DNA from: an uncultured archaeon
GTDB lineage: Archaea; Altiarchaeota; Altiarchaeia; IMC4; SCGC-AAA252-I15
Direction of reading: 5' to 3'
Assembly (NCBI GenBank): GCA_902384455.1
Contig: CABMCB010000068.1
Coordinates: 1 to 59,292, forward strand
Length of the DNA: 59,292 nt
Part shown: in pieces, positions 56,934 through 59,292 of the stretch
Layout of the letters: every line of letters starts with the position of its first letter
How positions within the stretch are numbered: the stretch's first letter is position 1
Notes under the pieces: generated by a model
Database searches by the model: none
What the model was told of the DNA's origin: nothing
The model's input: the letters and a program-made list of their open reading frames with translations, nothing else
Made by a program: the position numbers and the translations under genes

Positions 56934-57074
56934 ATCGGCTAGACTCCCTTGCCGTCCGAGGCCACGGTTAATACCCGTCCGCCCTAAGAAATATCGGGCC
57001 GGTACCTGGGTAGGGTCCAAACCTCCCTACTACTGGCAATAACAACAGGGAGCCGTGCGCCCTCTATAGGGCTT
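56934..57074 (+). ncRNA. Multi-branched structured RNA
   Basis: TTGACT-17-TATAAT; CTCCCT/AGGGAG and TTGCC/GGCAA closing stems; no ORF. Confidence 0.55.
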
Positions 57075-57084
57075 GACTACTGGC

Positions 57085-58153
57085 CTACAGGTGTACATCG
57101 GGCATACTAATATATTTGCCCATGTTCCATACACGACGTTCCATATCATCACGCAAGCGCATAGCCCAATCTATGTCGACCTTGTAGTGGGCGGAGGTAC
57201 CCTCCAGCATAGGACCGGGTACACCACATGTAGCAGCAATGAGGTCACCCTTAAACTGGTTTATAGCTTGAGCACTGAAATCAAAGGACTGAAATGCTGG
57301 CATGGTATAACCATGTCTTAATACAACCAAACACTTATCACAGCCCGCATGACACTTCTTGCACGTGGTTTGGTACCACGAGTTGGTCATGCTCTGTACG
57401 TCTTTGATATCCTCCCCACAATATGTACGTCCAGTAATGGGGTTTAGGTTGTGAGTATCGCTTAGCACTGGGAGTCTCCTAGCTGGAGGCTTCGCCTTGG
57501 GGCTTGGTCTTCTTCACGAGGGCTTCAATGACAAGGTCGCGTTGTTCGATTTCAGATTTCAAAAGCTCAATTTGTTTCAGGGCTTCGAGGTACATTTGGG
57601 TTTGACACGGTCTGTCCTCGAAGTTGTGCTCACACCGACCTGGAGGGCTGCAGTCAGCCGCAATCGAGAATTCCTCTTCGGGTGTCAAGGGAGGTATGTC
57701 CCAGTAAATAGCCATGTTTTACTTCCTAAAGATGCTGATGGACTGAACCTTCGTGATTTTGGCATTCAAGCTCAGGTCTTCCACTTCGCGGTAGAACTTC
57801 TGGGCTTGCTCAGCCACCTTGACGAACGCTTCCTTATCCTCATCAAGGAGTGCCTGGGCTCCATTGTCGAAGAGGTTGTCACAGTGTCCGCTGATGTCGG
57901 GCATGTTCAGGTCGACACCCATACCATGGAACTTGTCCATGTACCACGCAATGCTTCGGGCCCACGAAACGATGTCCAGCCTCAAGGACCACACGGTCAA
58001 GTCGTTCGAACTGGTGCAAAAGCTACCGTCGCTCACCTCGTGCACGTGTCCGTCTTCGACCCGCTTGACCTGGACAAGTTTGTAGTTGTGCATTCCCCAG
58101 TCACCTACCTTGGGGGTCCAGCCCGTGTTGTACTTTCGGTCAAGCACTCGCAT
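57085..58153 (-). other. Three hypothetical ORFs (57085-57468, 57479-57715, 57719-58153)
   Basis: Tightly packed minus-strand operon. Confidence 0.65.
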
Positions 58154-58844
58154 TGAAGGTGTCTCCCACGATTCGCTCAAGGTTGATTTTCTTCCAGATG
58201 GGAATCTTCGCAGCCTGCAGGGCCCGTACCAGTCTCACGATTTTTTCCTTGGAGGGCTCGGGCAGGCCGGACTTCTTGGAATCAGCTCCGATGTTGACGA
58301 ATTCAGGCTTGAGGTCCTCAAGCCATTCGACCATAGTCTCCACGTCGAAATCGAGAATGGGTTCGATGGTCACGAACTTCTTGACACGTCCGAGGCTCAT
58401 CATGCCTTGGTAGCGGTCATACGGACGGACAGCTTTGGAAATCTCCGAGTAGTCTCGGTTGCTTTCGATGGTTGTACCGACTAGACAGTCGGGGAACACG
58501 TCGAATCGAAACTCTTTCAGGCGGGGTGCGTTCTTGGTCTGGAAGACGTACTTGTTCTTCGGATACTGAAAGCAGTGATTCAAAATGGCAGCCACCCACG
58601 GGTCTTTCACACCTGGGGCGAACATGTCATTCATGTGCTCGATGAAGATGGTCTTACCCTCACCGTAGTTGACCTGGAACTCATGCTCAAGCAGGCGGAT
58701 AGGGCCCTTGTATTTCTCACTGAGCTGAGCCCTGCCACGCTGAACATAACAGTACGAGCACTCGTGAGAGCAGCGGCCACCCAAATGCGTGTGCATATGG
58801 GTGACCCAGTCGTACATTTGACCAGAAGCCTTAACGAGTGGCAT
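58140..58844 (-). CDS. Radical SAM protein (DUF5131/Gp37Gp68-like)
   Basis: CSHECSYCY CxxxCxxC; IFIEHMNDMF, FQTKN, FVTIEPIL. Confidence 0.85.
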   Translation of the reverse strand: MPLVKASGQMYDWVTHMHTHLGGRCSHECSYCYVQRGRAQLSEKYKGPIRLLEHEFQVNYGEGKTIFIEHMNDMFAPGVKDPWVAAILNHCFQYPKNKYVFQTKNAPRLKEFRFDVFPDCLVGTTIESNRDYSEISKAVRPYDRYQGMMSLGRVKKFVTIEPILDFDVETMVEWLEDLKPEFVNIGADSKKSGLPEPSKEKIVRLVRALQAAKIPIWKKINLERIVGDTFNASA

Positions 58845-58863
58845 ATTACAACCTTTGTGTAAA

Positions 58864-59017
58864 TAGAGGGCTCCCGGTAGACCTCACGAGTGGTCAAGCG
58901 CAATGCTTAGGACTCGTTCACCGAGGGGAATAGCTACCGACTTACGATTCGATAGTAGAGCCCCTTAGTAGGTCAGTATCTGCAGCCAACCCTGCAGACG
59001 GTCCCGGCAGCCCTCTA
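58864..59017 (-). ncRNA. Multi-branched structured RNA
   Basis: TAGAGGGCT/AGCCCTCTA closing stem plus four internal stems filling the intergenic space. Confidence 0.6.
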
Positions 59018-59020
59018 GTC

Positions 59021-59292
59021 TTACAGCGCCGAGGTGAAGTTGGTGGCCTGGAAGTACGCCTTCCAGAACTTGGTGCGGAAGTCCTTGCTGAACTCCGGGT
59101 TGGACAGCGCCCGCTGCAGGGAGTAACGGCGTCCCTTCAAGCGGTTGAACTGGTCCTTCGGATGGAGGTGGGCCACACCTTCGAATGCCTCGCCGCCTTC
59201 CGGTGTGATGGTGCAGGACGTACCCTTGGCACCTTCCTTGGAGTTATGTCGGAACTCCAGGGTGAACTCTTTGCCGTCGATTTGGATTTTCA
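59021..59292 (-). CDS. Hypothetical protein (start codon cut by the window edge)
   Basis: KIQIDGKEFTLEF...HPKDQFNRLKGRRYSL to TAA 59021. Confidence 0.6.
   Translation of the reverse strand, partial: KIQIDGKEFTLEFRHNSKEGAKGTSCTITPEGGEAFEGVAHLHPKDQFNRLKGRRYSLQRALSNPEFSKDFRTKFWKAYFQATNFTSAL

Noticed and set aside
56950-56990. Pistol or twister ribozyme (GCCACGGTTAA...GCCCTAAG)
   Set aside because: The required loop-to-CCCTAA pseudoknot pairing is missing
1-59292. Stop-codon reassignment
   Set aside because: Core genes are intact in the standard code, all three stops are used, and no suppressor tRNA is present

Overview
Fragment of a large contractile-tailed (myovirus-type) dsDNA phage; I see no host genes. 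1-28.2 kb (minus strand) is a virion module: prohead protease, scaffold, major capsid, neck, sheath, tube, frameshifted tail chaperone, tape measure, baseplate, three paralogous Gly-rich fibres and lysis-type membrane proteins. No portal or terminase lies in the window. 28.5-30.1 kb holds two tandem divergent sigma-70 genes. 30.2-46.7 kb (plus strand) is a dense accessory region: tRNA-Met, a long-arm tRNA-Asn, RNA ligase with endonuclease VII, L,D-transpeptidase, alarmone hydrolase, dCMP deaminase, NADAR and many small ORFs. 46.9-57 kb is an early/host-takeover-like region of short genes, each behind a consensus sigma-70 promoter. The least explained signals are non-coding: (1) about eight structured RNA candidates, five starting at a predicted promoter +1, including a duplicated sRNA, plus a CCA-ending tRNA-His-like RNA; (2) a strand-polarised octamer GACTACTG, 18 exact copies in 8.5 kb, in a block nearly free of AGCT; (3) a 40-bp-period repeat array with a DnaA box; (4) two non-canonical promoter-like motifs that may match the two sigma factors. 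Everything was read by eye; no database search, folding or count was computed.
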